NCBI GenBank assembly: GCA_963801355.1
Contig: CAWDEM010000008.1
Location: forward strand, 224,001-288,000
DNA from: Ignavibacteriota bacterium
Lineage (GTDB): Bacteria; Bacteroidota; Ignavibacteria; UBA10030; UBA6906
Reading direction: 5' to 3'
DNA length: 64,000 nucleotides
Made by a program: the position numbers and the translations under genes
The notes under the pieces: generated by a model
What the model was told of the DNA's origin: nothing
The model's input: only the letters and a program-made list of their open reading frames with translations
Databases searched by the model: none
Shown: positions 1 through 9,370 of the stretch, piece by piece
Numbering within the stretch: the first letter of the stretch is position 1
How the letters are laid out: every line of letters begins with the position of its first letter

Positions 1-600
1 TCGGTGAAGAAGGGCGATACCATCGGACACATCGCTGAGTGGTTCGATTGCCGGGCTGCTGACATACGCAACTGGAATGACATCGCCTATGGCAGCCGTA
101 TCCGTGTCGGACAGACACTCGAGATCTACGTCCACGAGTCCAACGCGGCATCGTACAAACGCATTGAGGGAATGTCCTTCGCCCAGAAGGAAGCTCTCGC
201 CAGCAAGACTGCCCGTCCGGCACGGTCGGCGACACCCGAAAACGGCGACAGCCATATCGTGAAATCCGGTGAGACGCTGGAGTCCATCGCCCACGATCAT
301 GGCGTCAGCATCGACCAGCTGAAGCATTGGAACCGTCTGCGAACATCACGCATCAACGGCGGTCAGAGTCTCGTCATCCACAAGAGTGCGCAGAACATGC
401 GCATCGTGACGCCTCAGAGTTCTCCCGCTGCATCGCGCACGACAAGGGGTGGCAAGGCCGTCGTGTACATCGTTAAAAAAGGGGACACACTGTGGGATAT
501 CGCAAAAGCCTTTGAGGTCACACCAACAGACCTGAAGGCGTGGAACGATCTGGGCAGGAACAAGATTATTGCAGGACAGGAGCTGGTGATCAGGAAGTAG
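1..600 (+). CDS. LysM peptidoglycan-binding protein, 3' part (probably the C-terminus of an MltD-like lytic transglycosylase); 5' end lies outside the window
   Basis: Three LysM repeats (VKKGDTIGHIA..WN, VKSGETLESIA..WN, VKKGDTLWDIA..WN); frame is open to base 1. Confidence 0.85.
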   Translation, partial: SVKKGDTIGHIAEWFDCRAADIRNWNDIAYGSRIRVGQTLEIYVHESNAASYKRIEGMSFAQKEALASKTARPARSATPENGDSHIVKSGETLESIAHDHGVSIDQLKHWNRLRTSRINGGQSLVIHKSAQNMRIVTPQSSPAASRTTRGGKAVVYIVKKGDTLWDIAKAFEVTPTDLKAWNDLGRNKIIAGQELVIRK

Positions 601-645
601 TGGAGGGGGAACGCATCACGTCACCCCTCCGTTACGATCGTTTTC

Positions 646-1134
646 CTAATCCTTCTCTTCGATCTTCTTCTCAATCCTCCGTTCGATCACCCGATCGCGC
701 ATTCCATGGCCTCCCTGCTGCAGGTGCTTTTTCCAGATCTTCTGTTGCTCGGGGTTGAGGATCGCCTTCACACCGAACTGATGATCCAGCATGGCGATTT
801 TTTCCTGATATTGCAAATCAGAAACTTCCTTCATTTTCTTTTCAATCGCCGCCTTGTCGGGATTGGTTGCGCCGTACAGTTCCTCCATTTCCAATCTGGC
901 GATGCGAATCTTGGCCTGCAGCGCCGTCTGTTTCTTCTGGAGGTCCAGACGCATCTTCTGCATCTGTGACTGCTGGTCTTCGCTCAAGTTAAGCTTGGCC
1001 ATCATGTCCTGGCGTTCGTGCATCGGGCCTGTCCCGTCGCCGGGGCCCATCCCTCTGCCCATGCCGGTCCGGTTCTGAGCGAAGGCAAGCGTTCCCATCA
1101 TTACCATCAACACCACTGCCACGAGTCGTCTCAT
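646..1134 (-). CDS. Spy/CpxP-family periplasmic chaperone (LTxxQ motifs)
   Basis: Signal peptide, G/M-rich linker, LNLSEDQQ and ILNPEQQ motifs, helical body. Confidence 0.8.
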   Translation of the reverse strand: MRRLVAVVLMVMMGTLAFAQNRTGMGRGMGPGDGTGPMHERQDMMAKLNLSEDQQSQMQKMRLDLQKKQTALQAKIRIARLEMEELYGATNPDKAAIEKKMKEVSDLQYQEKIAMLDHQFGVKAILNPEQQKIWKKHLQQGGHGMRDRVIERRIEKKIEEKD

Positions 1135-1185
1135 GGAATCACCTATCGTTTATGTTGTGAGAGTACAGCACGCCGGTTACATGTG

Positions 1186-1213
1186 TTAGACCTCGTGGCG
1201 GGGTAAAGGTTTA
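1186..1213 (-). promoter_or_regulatory. ECF-sigma-type promoter for the Spy-like gene
   Basis: Minus strand reads TAAACC-N16-GTCTAA, about 50 nt upstream of the ATG; resembles ECF/RpoE-type AAC...GTCTAA consensus. Confidence 0.5.
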
Positions 1214-1217
1214 ACGT

Positions 1218-1246
1218 TTGACTTTCCCCGCCCCTTTCGCTATGTT
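1218..1246 (+). promoter_or_regulatory. sigma70-type promoter for the TPR-pyrK-pyrD-folC operon
   Basis: TTGACT-N17-TATGTT. Confidence 0.55.
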
Positions 1247-1277
1247 CTTATGATCCTCGTGCGATCCGGAGCTTACT

Positions 1278-3680
1278 GTGCGGACTGCTGTCCATCGTCT
1301 TCTCCCCATCCTTGCGACTCTTGCCCTGATGCAGTTTTCCTCCTGCGGCGTCTGGGACTCCTTCACTGCATATTTCAACACCTATTACAACGCCCAGCGG
1401 GCGTTTACCGAAGCGCAGGATGAAGTGTGGGCGATGCCCGAGACCAAGGAATCCGGCCGGAATCTCTTGATTCCGTTCAACATCAGCCCGGGGACCAAGA
1501 CCAAGTTCACATCTGTCATCGAAAAGTGCTCGAAGCTCCTCCAATATCATCCTGATGCCGGCCTGGTAGACGACGCGCTGATGATGATCGGGCGCTCTTA
1601 CTACTATCAGAACGACTACCAGAAAGCCGAACGGAAGTTCACAGAATTGATCGACGGCTACCCTGAAAGCGACCTCGTTCTGCAGGCGCAGGTAATGCTC
1701 GCTTTTTCGTACTACAAAAGCAAGGAAGTGGAGAAGGCCACCATGACCGCCCAGCAAGTGCTGGATCTGGCAACGACCAGGGGTGAATACAAGGTGGCAG
1801 CCGAAGCGGCACTTGTGCTGGGGCAGATTGCTCTTGATGACAAAGCATACGCCCGTGCCCGTACTTTCTTCGAACAAGTGGGCGAGAATGGCGATACATC
1901 CGAAAAACGCGCGCAAGCGTTGATGAAGGTGGGAGAAATGTACGCCCTGGAGCGGAAGTACGTCGACGCCCGGGCTGCCTACGAGCGGGCGTATTCGCTG
2001 AGCACTTCGTATCTGGGGGAATACCGGGCCCGGATCAGCGTCGCACAAATGCTCAACAAGCAACAACGGTTCGGCGATGCAGAGGAAACGCTCCTTGCGC
2101 TCCGCTCCAACTCGAACTATCGTGAATTCTTCGGTCAGATTGAATACGAGCTGGGAAATGTTGACCGTGATCGGGGTGATATTCAGAAAGCCATCGAACA
2201 GTACGCGTACGTCGATACCGCTTATGCGCGCACGGAGGCGGCCGCAGATGCAAATCTCGCCCTCGGGATGCTGTATGAGACCGTCCTGTTTCAGTACGAT
2301 TCTGCCCGTGCCGTCTACGAACGGGGACGAGGTGCCATCAACACTGCCGAATCGAGACTCCAGATCATCCGCAGGGCGGACTACCTTTCCCGATATGTAG
2401 TGTTCCGGAATGACCTCATCAAACTCGACAGTCTCCGTTACTCTGCCCTTCATATTTCCGATACGGTGCATGCAGCCGGGGGCGGCACCCGGACCGACTC
2501 CACTCGCAATGCCCGTGCCGACTCCACTCGCAATGCCCATGCCGACTCGACCGGACATTTGCCTGCAGTTGCGGCCGGACATGCACTCGCCGACACGACA
2601 GGACGCGCACTTGCAGATACGGCAAGGCCTGCGCATGCCGACTCAGTCAGGCTCGGGCTTGCCGACTCAGTCAGGCTCGCGCTTGCCGACACCGCACGCC
2701 GCGCCCAGGCAGACAGCACAAAGCCCCCTGTCCTGCAGCCGCCCGTCCCTCAGACACCCGCACTCTCGCTCGACACCATCAATGTCCGCCTCGCAGACCG
2801 CATGGATGACATCGCGGGATTGTTTTATGCCACCATGGGTCTTCCAGACTCGGCGCGGTTCTGGTACCATCGTCTATTGCGCGAGTATCCTGACAGCCGT
2901 GGGGCACCGCGTGCCCTCTACGTGCTCGCACGGATGGAAGGGGAAGATTCGAGCGGGACGCCGTTGTTCGCCGACTCGCTCCACAGGGAGATCATCCGGC
3001 GCTTTCCGGAATCGCCCTTTGCCGAAGAGTCCAGGCGTTTGCTCGGACTTCCGCCTACGGTTCAGGCTCCGGATTCGCTGGCTCAGAGCTACCGCCGCGC
3101 GACTGCACTGCTGCAAGCAGGAAAGAATGGAGCTGCAATTGATTCGTTCAGGGCTATCGTCCGCCGAGCCCCGGCCTCTCCGCTGGCGCCGCGGGCGTTG
3201 TATGCCGTCGGGTGGGTGTATGAGTTTCAAACCAGTCAGATGGACAGCGCAGGGGCAAATTACGAACGTCTGGTGGCGCTCTATCCGGGAACTCCGTATG
3301 CGCAGCGGGTGCAGCCGCGGGTGACGGAAATCCAGAGTGCCCGTCAGGCGAAGCTGGCCGCGCCCAAAACAGACACGACGTCGGCCGCCCAACCCAAAAC
3401 GGGCACGATATCGCCCGCCCGGTCGAAGACGGACACGACATCGGTTGCCCGGTTAAAAACAGACACGACGTCGGTCGCCCGGTCAAAAACGGACACGACG
3501 TCGGTTGCCCAACCGAAAGCGGATACGACATCGGTTGTTCCGCCCGTGAAGACGCCGGAGAAAAGACCCGAAGAGATGGACCAGGAACAGGTGAACAAGC
3601 GCCGGCGAAGGGCAGCGGAGCCCGGCGCTGAAAAACTCGACAATTCAGACAGGATTCCTGACGACAGAGTACCTCGCTAA
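1278..3680 (+). CDS. TPR-repeat lipoprotein (possibly SprE/PorW-like) with two low-complexity repeat tracts
   Basis: Lipobox FSSC, YFNTYYNA N-terminal motif, many TPR/BamD-like helices (YPDS, A..AL..G). Confidence 0.75.
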   Translation: MRTAVHRLLPILATLALMQFSSCGVWDSFTAYFNTYYNAQRAFTEAQDEVWAMPETKESGRNLLIPFNISPGTKTKFTSVIEKCSKLLQYHPDAGLVDDALMMIGRSYYYQNDYQKAERKFTELIDGYPESDLVLQAQVMLAFSYYKSKEVEKATMTAQQVLDLATTRGEYKVAAEAALVLGQIALDDKAYARARTFFEQVGENGDTSEKRAQALMKVGEMYALERKYVDARAAYERAYSLSTSYLGEYRARISVAQMLNKQQRFGDAEETLLALRSNSNYREFFGQIEYELGNVDRDRGDIQKAIEQYAYVDTAYARTEAAADANLALGMLYETVLFQYDSARAVYERGRGAINTAESRLQIIRRADYLSRYVVFRNDLIKLDSLRYSALHISDTVHAAGGGTRTDSTRNARADSTRNAHADSTGHLPAVAAGHALADTTGRALADTARPAHADSVRLGLADSVRLALADTARRAQADSTKPPVLQPPVPQTPALSLDTINVRLADRMDDIAGLFYATMGLPDSARFWYHRLLREYPDSRGAPRALYVLARMEGEDSSGTPLFADSLHREIIRRFPESPFAEESRRLLGLPPTVQAPDSLAQSYRRATALLQAGKNGAAIDSFRAIVRRAPASPLAPRALYAVGWVYEFQTSQMDSAGANYERLVALYPGTPYAQRVQPRVTEIQSARQAKLAAPKTDTTSAAQPKTGTISPARSKTDTTSVARLKTDTTSVARSKTDTTSVAQPKADTTSVVPPVKTPEKRPEEMDQEQVNKRRRRAAEPGAEKLDNSDRIPDDRVPR
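2493..2720 (+). repeat. Imperfect 24-bp (8-aa) coding tandem repeat, ADS/T-x5
   Basis: ccgactccactcgcaatgccc occurs twice and gccgactcagtcaggctcg twice; protein ADSTRNAH, ADTTGRAL, ADSVRLGL etc. Confidence 0.85.
3366..3545 (+). repeat. Six imperfect 30-bp (10-aa) coding tandem repeats, KTDTTSVAxx
   Basis: Unit aaaacRgacacgacgtcggtYgccc..; KTDTTSAAQP/KTGTISPARS/KTDTTSVARL/KTDTTSVARS/KTDTTSVAQP/KADTTSVVPP. Confidence 0.9.
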
Positions 3681-4447
3681 TGCTCCACCTCCACAGCCGC
3701 GTATTAAGCCTCCGTCCAGTCGCCCCCAACGTCTTCGTATTGTCTCTGCATTGTCCCGAGTTGAGTACAACCGTCGCGGCCGGGCAGTTTGTCAACATAC
3801 TGGTGCACGACGGCATAGAACCGCTGTTGCGCAGGCCGTTCAGCGTTTACCGCACCGAGGGTGATTCCATTGAGATCCTGTTCCAGCGGTTGGGCAAGGG
3901 CACTGCACTCCTGGCAAAGGTGCAGGAAGGACAGCTGCTTGATCTCCTCGGGCCCCTCGGCCACGGATATCATCTTAATGAACCGTCATTTGAGACGGCC
4001 GTTCTCATTGGCGGCGGACTCGGGGTAGCGCCACTGCCGGTCGCCACGGCGGGCCTGCGCTCTGCAGGCAAGAATATTGTTACACTACTGGGCGCGCGCA
4101 CGGCCGGTCTGGTCATCGATGGGCATCTTCAAAATGTCCGCGTGGCCACCGACGATGGGACGCGGGGCCTTCACGGGACCGTTGTCGATCTTGCCGCCCA
4201 TGTCTGGGATGCCCGGAACATTCCTCGGTCGCGCATTTTTGCGTGCGGACCCACACCCATGTTGCGCGCCCTCGCCGCCTGGGCGGTCTCGCGCAACATC
4301 CCGTGCGAGGTCTCACTCGAAGGTCAAATGGCCTGCGGCATCGGCATCTGTCAGGGGTGCCCTGTGGAAATTGTGGGGCAGGAACGGAAGTATGCATTGA
4401 TGTGCAAAGATGGTCCGGTCTTCAACGCTCGGGACATCATTATCTGA
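3680..4447 (+). CDS. pyrK: Dihydroorotate dehydrogenase electron transfer subunit
   Basis: RRPFS FAD motif, GGGLG, CGP, MACGIGICQGC...C 2Fe-2S motif; adjacent to pyrD. Confidence 0.93.
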   Translation: MLHLHSRVLSLRPVAPNVFVLSLHCPELSTTVAAGQFVNILVHDGIEPLLRRPFSVYRTEGDSIEILFQRLGKGTALLAKVQEGQLLDLLGPLGHGYHLNEPSFETAVLIGGGLGVAPLPVATAGLRSAGKNIVTLLGARTAGLVIDGHLQNVRVATDDGTRGLHGTVVDLAAHVWDARNIPRSRIFACGPTPMLRALAAWAVSRNIPCEVSLEGQMACGIGICQGCPVEIVGQERKYALMCKDGPVFNARDIII

Positions 4448-4467
4448 CATGAGACGGACGATCTGAC

Positions 4468-5412
4468 ATGACACGCACGGATTTCCAACTCGGAAGCGTA
4501 CACTGCAAGAATCGCGTTTTCGTCGCTTCAGGGACGTTTGGTTACGGCGACGAGTGCCTGGATCTCGTGGATGTGGCGCGTCTCGGCGGCATCATGACGA
4601 AGTCGCTCTCGCTTAAGCCGCGGGACGGGAATCCTCCCCCCCGGGTCGTGGAAACGCCCGGCGGGATGCTGAACTCAATTGGACTTGCGAATATCGGCGT
4701 GCGTCGCTTCATCGCCGATAAACTTCCCATCCTACGGTCGATCGATACCACAATCGTGGCGAACATTGCGGCAAGCAGCGTGGATGAATACTGTGCCGTG
4801 CTGGATCTGCTTGAGGAAGCAGGCGGTGTGCACGCGTATGAAATCAACGTCTCATGCCCGAACGTCAAGGAGGGGGGACTTAACTTCGGCACCGACTGTG
4901 CGATGACCGCCGGAATCACCCGGCGACTCCGGGCGCGCACGGGAAAACCGTTAATCATCAAACTCACACCCAATGTCGCCCACATCTCCTCGTTTGCGCG
5001 CGCCGTGCAGGATGAAGGGGCTGACGCCGTGTCGGTCATCAATACGCTGATCGGCATGGCCATCGATGTGCGTACGCGCAAACCGCTGCTTTCGACAGTC
5101 ACCGGCGGCCTCTCCGGCCCGGCCATAAAACCGGTAGCGCTGGCCAAGGTCTACGAAACCGCGCGCGCAGTCCACATCCCCGTCATCGGTATCGGAGGCA
5201 TCATGTGCGCCACCGATGCCATTGAATTCTTCCTCGCCGGAGCGACCGCCGTGCAGGTCGGGACCGCCAACTTCATCGATCCGGCTGCCGCGGTTACAGT
5301 AGCCGACGGGATCGCAACCTGGTGCGACGAGCACGGTATTGACGACGTCGCGAAACTTGTCGGGGCGCTCGACGCGCAAACCGGTGTGTCGGTGCTGGAG
5401 AGCTGGTTGTGA
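4468..5412 (+). CDS. pyrD: Dihydroorotate dehydrogenase, class 1B catalytic subunit
   Basis: ASGTFG, GNPPPR, NSIGLAN, EINVSCPN, KLTPN, GGLSGPAIKP. Confidence 0.95.
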   Translation: MTRTDFQLGSVHCKNRVFVASGTFGYGDECLDLVDVARLGGIMTKSLSLKPRDGNPPPRVVETPGGMLNSIGLANIGVRRFIADKLPILRSIDTTIVANIAASSVDEYCAVLDLLEEAGGVHAYEINVSCPNVKEGGLNFGTDCAMTAGITRRLRARTGKPLIIKLTPNVAHISSFARAVQDEGADAVSVINTLIGMAIDVRTRKPLLSTVTGGLSGPAIKPVALAKVYETARAVHIPVIGIGGIMCATDAIEFFLAGATAVQVGTANFIDPAAAVTVADGIATWCDEHGIDDVAKLVGALDAQTGVSVLESWL

Positions 5413-6749
5413 AACGGTCAGAGGGGGAGTACCGCCGAACGCTCACCTACCTGTACGGCCTGCAGTACCGCGGCATCAAGTACGGCCTCAAAAACATCCG
5501 CGCACTCCTCAGAGCCTGCGGCAATCCGGAGTGCACATTCGCTGTCGTGCATGTCGCCGGCACAAATGGCAAAGGTTCCACCGCATCGTTCATCGCATCA
5601 ATTCTTCAGGAAGCCGGCTACCGCACCGGGCTCTACACGTCCCCGCATCTCGTCGACTTCACCGAACGGATCCGGATAAATGGGGCTCGGATATCAGAAG
5701 AACGACTCGTGATGTATGCGCGGGAAATGAGGCCCGCTTTCGAACGGACGCAGGCGACGTTCTTTGAAGCCACCACCTGTATTGCCTTCCGGTACTTTGC
5801 AGACGAACGGATCGAGATCGGGGTGATCGAGACGGGTCTGGGGGGCCGTCTGGATGCCACGAACGTTGTGATCCCCGTGGTGAGCATCATTACCAACGTG
5901 GGAATGGACCACACGGAGTATCTGGGAACCACTCTCCGCGCCATCGCAAGGGAGAAGGCCGGCATTATCAAGGCTGGAGTGCCCGTGGTGACCGCGTCGA
6001 CATCAGCTGAAGTGCTCGCGGTGCTTCGGTCCGCCGCAAAGAGCCGGGGAAGCGCATTTCATCACATGTGGGATGTCATTGCGCCATACATTGTGGGGAG
6101 CCGGAAGGGATGTTCAGAGGTCCGCTTCAGTGGTTCACGGTGGCGTATCCCGCCCGCGCGTCTCGGGTATCCGGGCGTGCACCAGGTCGACAATGCCGCC
6201 CTTGCCGTCTCTGCTCTGTCTCTTGCCGCGGGGCGGCACAGACTTGCCCGGCTCACACCCGGTGCCATTGTACGCGGGCTGAGGCATGTATTTCGCAATA
6301 CCGGCCTTGGGGGACGGATGCAGACCCTTACCCACGACGGCGTTCAGGTCACGCTGGATGTCGCGCATAACCCTGACGGCATGAAAGTCCTGGCTGACAC
6401 GCTGTCAGACCAGCACGTGGTGTATCCCGTGGCGGTATTCGGGATCGTGCGTGACAAGGATGCGGGTGCGGTGCTGGATGAACTACGCAGGGTTGCCCGG
6501 GAGGTAATCACTGTCGCGCCTACGACCGAGCGGGCCCGTAGCAGCCGCGAAATTGCGCGGATTGCCACCGAACGGGGAATTCTGGCGAAGGATGGCGGCA
6601 GTGTGTCCCGGGGGCTGGCTCTGGCCCTGAAGACGGTTCGTGCCGGCAATCCTCCCCCGCGGCGGAAGCTCCTCGTGGCCGGATCGCACTATCTGGTGGG
6701 TGAAGCGCTGCAATTTTTCAAGACGGCGGAAAGGCATGAAAAACCTTGA
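5409..6749 (+). CDS. folC: Folylpolyglutamate synthase/dihydrofolate synthase
   Basis: HVAGTNGKGS, YTSPHL, ETGLGGRLDATN, DVAHNP. Confidence 0.95.
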   Translation: MKRSEGEYRRTLTYLYGLQYRGIKYGLKNIRALLRACGNPECTFAVVHVAGTNGKGSTASFIASILQEAGYRTGLYTSPHLVDFTERIRINGARISEERLVMYAREMRPAFERTQATFFEATTCIAFRYFADERIEIGVIETGLGGRLDATNVVIPVVSIITNVGMDHTEYLGTTLRAIAREKAGIIKAGVPVVTASTSAEVLAVLRSAAKSRGSAFHHMWDVIAPYIVGSRKGCSEVRFSGSRWRIPPARLGYPGVHQVDNAALAVSALSLAAGRHRLARLTPGAIVRGLRHVFRNTGLGGRMQTLTHDGVQVTLDVAHNPDGMKVLADTLSDQHVVYPVAVFGIVRDKDAGAVLDELRRVAREVITVAPTTERARSSREIARIATERGILAKDGGSVSRGLALALKTVRAGNPPPRRKLLVAGSHYLVGEALQFFKTAERHEKP

Positions 6750-6774
6750 CAAATATGCGGAAATTCTCTATACT
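6746..6774 (+). promoter_or_regulatory. sigma70-type promoter of rho
   Basis: TTGACA-N17-TATACT; the -35 overlaps the folC stop codon. Confidence 0.75.
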
Positions 6775-6944
6775 CATTACATCATGACATTTCGCTGCAC
6801 CGCCTGTTGTTCACATCTGTTCTATCGGTAACTCGTCCGCCCGACTATCCTTAATACTATTCCCCAGCAGTGACCTGAGTGCGTCGAAAACAGGAGCTGG
6901 CCATTACGCACTAACCAATTCACTTCGTGAGAGGCTTTTCATCC

Positions 6945-8198
6945 ATGGCAATGGACATTTCGGAGCTCAAATCAAAAAAAATCATTGAGCTCAACCAAAT
7001 CGCCAAGGAACTTAACATTTCCGGTTACAGCGATCTGCGCAAACAAGAATTGATATTCAAGATTCTTGAAGCGCAGACCGAACAGGGGGGCCTGAGTTTC
7101 AGCCGGGGGGTTCTCGAAGTACTGCCGGACGGTTATGGATTCCTTCGGTCGGTGGATTACAACTATCTACCGTCTCCCGACGACATCTACGTTTCGCCTT
7201 CACAGATCAAGAAGTTCAATCTCCGCACCGGTGATTCGGTCAGCGGGCAGGTGCGTCCTCCCAAGGAAGGTGAGCGGTTCTTTGCGCTGCTGCGGGTGGA
7301 GGCTGTGAACGACGAAAATCCCGATTCCATTCGTGAGCGTGTGCTGTTTGACAACCTCACGCCGCTGTATCCGAATACGAGTCTGAAGCTGGAAACCGCC
7401 CCGGGCGAGTATTCGATGCGCATCATGGACCTCCTGGCGCCCATCGGGAAGGGCCAGCGCGGCATGATCGTGTCGCCGCCGAAAGCCGGCAAGACCATCT
7501 TGCTTCAGAAGATTGCCAATAGCATCAGCCGGAATCATCCCGAAGTCAAACTGATCGTCCTCCTGATCGATGAGCGTCCGGAGGAAGTGACGGACATGGA
7601 GCGGTCGGTGAATGCCGAAGTCGTCAGCTCCACGTTTGACGAGCCGCCCGAGCGTCACGTGCAGGTGTCGGACATGGTACTCGAGAAATCGAAGCGACTC
7701 GTGGAAGCCAAGCGCGACGTAGTGATCCTACTGGACAGCATCACGCGTCTCGCGCGTGCCCACAATACGGTTGTCCCGCATTCCGGCAAGATTCTCTCCG
7801 GCGGCGTGGACGCGAATGCACTGCACAAGCCGAAACGGTTCTTCGGTGCCGCCCGCAATATCGAAGAAGGCGGCAGCCTCACCATCGTTGCAACGGCGCT
7901 CATCGAGACCGGCAGCCGCATGGACGAGGTGATCTTCGAGGAGTTTAAGGGGACGGGCAATATGGAAATCGTGCTCGACCGCAAACTGAGCGACCGGCGC
8001 ATCTTCCCCGCGATGGACGTCAACAAGTCCGGCACCCGCAAGGAAGAACTCCTCATCGACGCCGACGATCTGAACCGCATCTGGATCCTCCGGAAGCTTC
8101 TTGCAGAGATGAATACGGTGGAGGGGATGGAGTTCATGCTCGAGAAAATGCGCGGCACGAAATCGAACAAGGAATTTCTCCGGTCGATGAGCAGCTAG
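6945..8198 (+). CDS. rho: Transcription termination factor Rho
   Basis: [44 protein letters not shown]; ATG at 6945 or 6951. Confidence 0.98.
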   Translation: MAMDISELKSKKIIELNQIAKELNISGYSDLRKQELIFKILEAQTEQGGLSFSRGVLEVLPDGYGFLRSVDYNYLPSPDDIYVSPSQIKKFNLRTGDSVSGQVRPPKEGERFFALLRVEAVNDENPDSIRERVLFDNLTPLYPNTSLKLETAPGEYSMRIMDLLAPIGKGQRGMIVSPPKAGKTILLQKIANSISRNHPEVKLIVLLIDERPEEVTDMERSVNAEVVSSTFDEPPERHVQVSDMVLEKSKRLVEAKRDVVILLDSITRLARAHNTVVPHSGKILSGGVDANALHKPKRFFGAARNIEEGGSLTIVATALIETGSRMDEVIFEEFKGTGNMEIVLDRKLSDRRIFPAMDVNKSGTRKEELLIDADDLNRIWILRKLLAEMNTVEGMEFMLEKMRGTKSNKEFLRSMSS

Positions 8199-8263
8199 CG
8201 TTCGCCGGGCACCTTCACAATCATTCGTAGCTCTGAACTTCCACAGGGGACAACCGTTGCATC

Positions 8264-8294
8264 CTTCGTCCCGCCGCACTCCGGCGGGACGAAG
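8264..8294. terminator. Perfect 13-bp GC-rich hairpin after rho (terminator or REP-like element)
   Basis: cttcgtcccgccg-cactc-cggcgggacgaag; U-tract is weak. Confidence 0.5.
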
Positions 8295-8419
8295 ATTCTG
8301 TTCCGCTCCCATCCCTCACCTCTTACGGCATTTCACAAAATTCTACTCTCAGGACCGATGTGCCGACCTCTTCGATGTTGCGCACGCGAGAGACAAACTA
8401 ACCAGGAGATAACGTCACA

Positions 8420-9274
8420 ATGGCATCCGACACGGTGGTGGTGATCGGTGCGGGGACTATGGGGAGTGGTATCGCCCAGGTCTTTGCCCACTATGGATTC
8501 AATGTCACCCTCGTCGACCTCCAGGCATCGTCCCTGGATCGTGCGCTGGTGACAATCGGTAAAAGCCTCGATCGTATGATCAAGAAGGGTACCATTGGCA
8601 CAGAGCGGCGGGACGAAACCCTGTCGCGCATCAGGGTCGGCACCGATATCATGGGCGCGCTCACCGGCGCCGAAATCGTGGTCGAGGCGGTATTCGAGGA
8701 TCCGGGTGTGAAGAAGGCCCTGTTCCGCGAGATAGACCCGGTGTGCGGACCTGAAGTCATCCTCGCGTCAAACACTTCCTCCATTTCCATCACGATGATT
8801 GCCGGAGCTACGAGCCATCCGGGAAGGGTGATCGGCATGCATTTCATGAATCCCGTCCCGGTCATACCGCTTGTGGAGGTTGTCCTCGGACACGCAACAT
8901 CTCCGGATACTGTGCAGGCGGTCAGGGCGATATGTGCGCGGATAGAAAAGACCCCGGTGGAAGTGGCGGATTCCCCGGGATTTGTGGCCAACAGAATGCT
9001 CATGCCGATGTTGAACGAGGCTATGTTTGCCGTGATGGAAGGTGTGGCCACCCCTTCGGCTATTGACACGGTGATGAAGGTCGGGTTGAACCATCCGATG
9101 GGAGCACTCGAGCTCGCGGACTTTATAGGGTTGGACGTGTGCCTTGCCATCATGAACGTTCTCCACGAAGGCTTTCTTGATTCAAAGTACCGTCCATGTC
9201 CGCTCTTGAAGCGCATGGTTGCGGAGGGAAACCTGGGGAGAAAGAGCGGGCACGGGTTCTATGCGTATCCCTAG
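8420..9274 (+). CDS. hbd: 3-hydroxybutyryl-CoA dehydrogenase
   Basis: GAGTMGSGIA, EAVFE, ASNTSSISI, GMHFMNP, HPMG, DFIGLD. Confidence 0.9.
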   Translation: MASDTVVVIGAGTMGSGIAQVFAHYGFNVTLVDLQASSLDRALVTIGKSLDRMIKKGTIGTERRDETLSRIRVGTDIMGALTGAEIVVEAVFEDPGVKKALFREIDPVCGPEVILASNTSSISITMIAGATSHPGRVIGMHFMNPVPVIPLVEVVLGHATSPDTVQAVRAICARIEKTPVEVADSPGFVANRMLMPMLNEAMFAVMEGVATPSAIDTVMKVGLNHPMGALELADFIGLDVCLAIMNVLHEGFLDSKYRPCPLLKRMVAEGNLGRKSGHGFYAYP

Positions 9275-9370
9275 ACTCCTGAAGGCAGCCGGGGGGGAAC
9301 CTTCCCTTGCTTAAATGAATTCTACACATTACATTGGCGAATATATCACAATCATCCGGGAGGTCTTCTG

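Noticed and set aside
1248-2636. 462-aa minus-strand ORF and many other long antisense or overlapping ORFs in the track
   Set aside because: They shadow well-supported genes in GC-rich DNA and carry no recognisable motifs
3366-3545. Regular 30-bp repeats as a possible CRISPR array
   Set aside because: The units are contiguous, in frame and have no unique spacers; no cas genes are present
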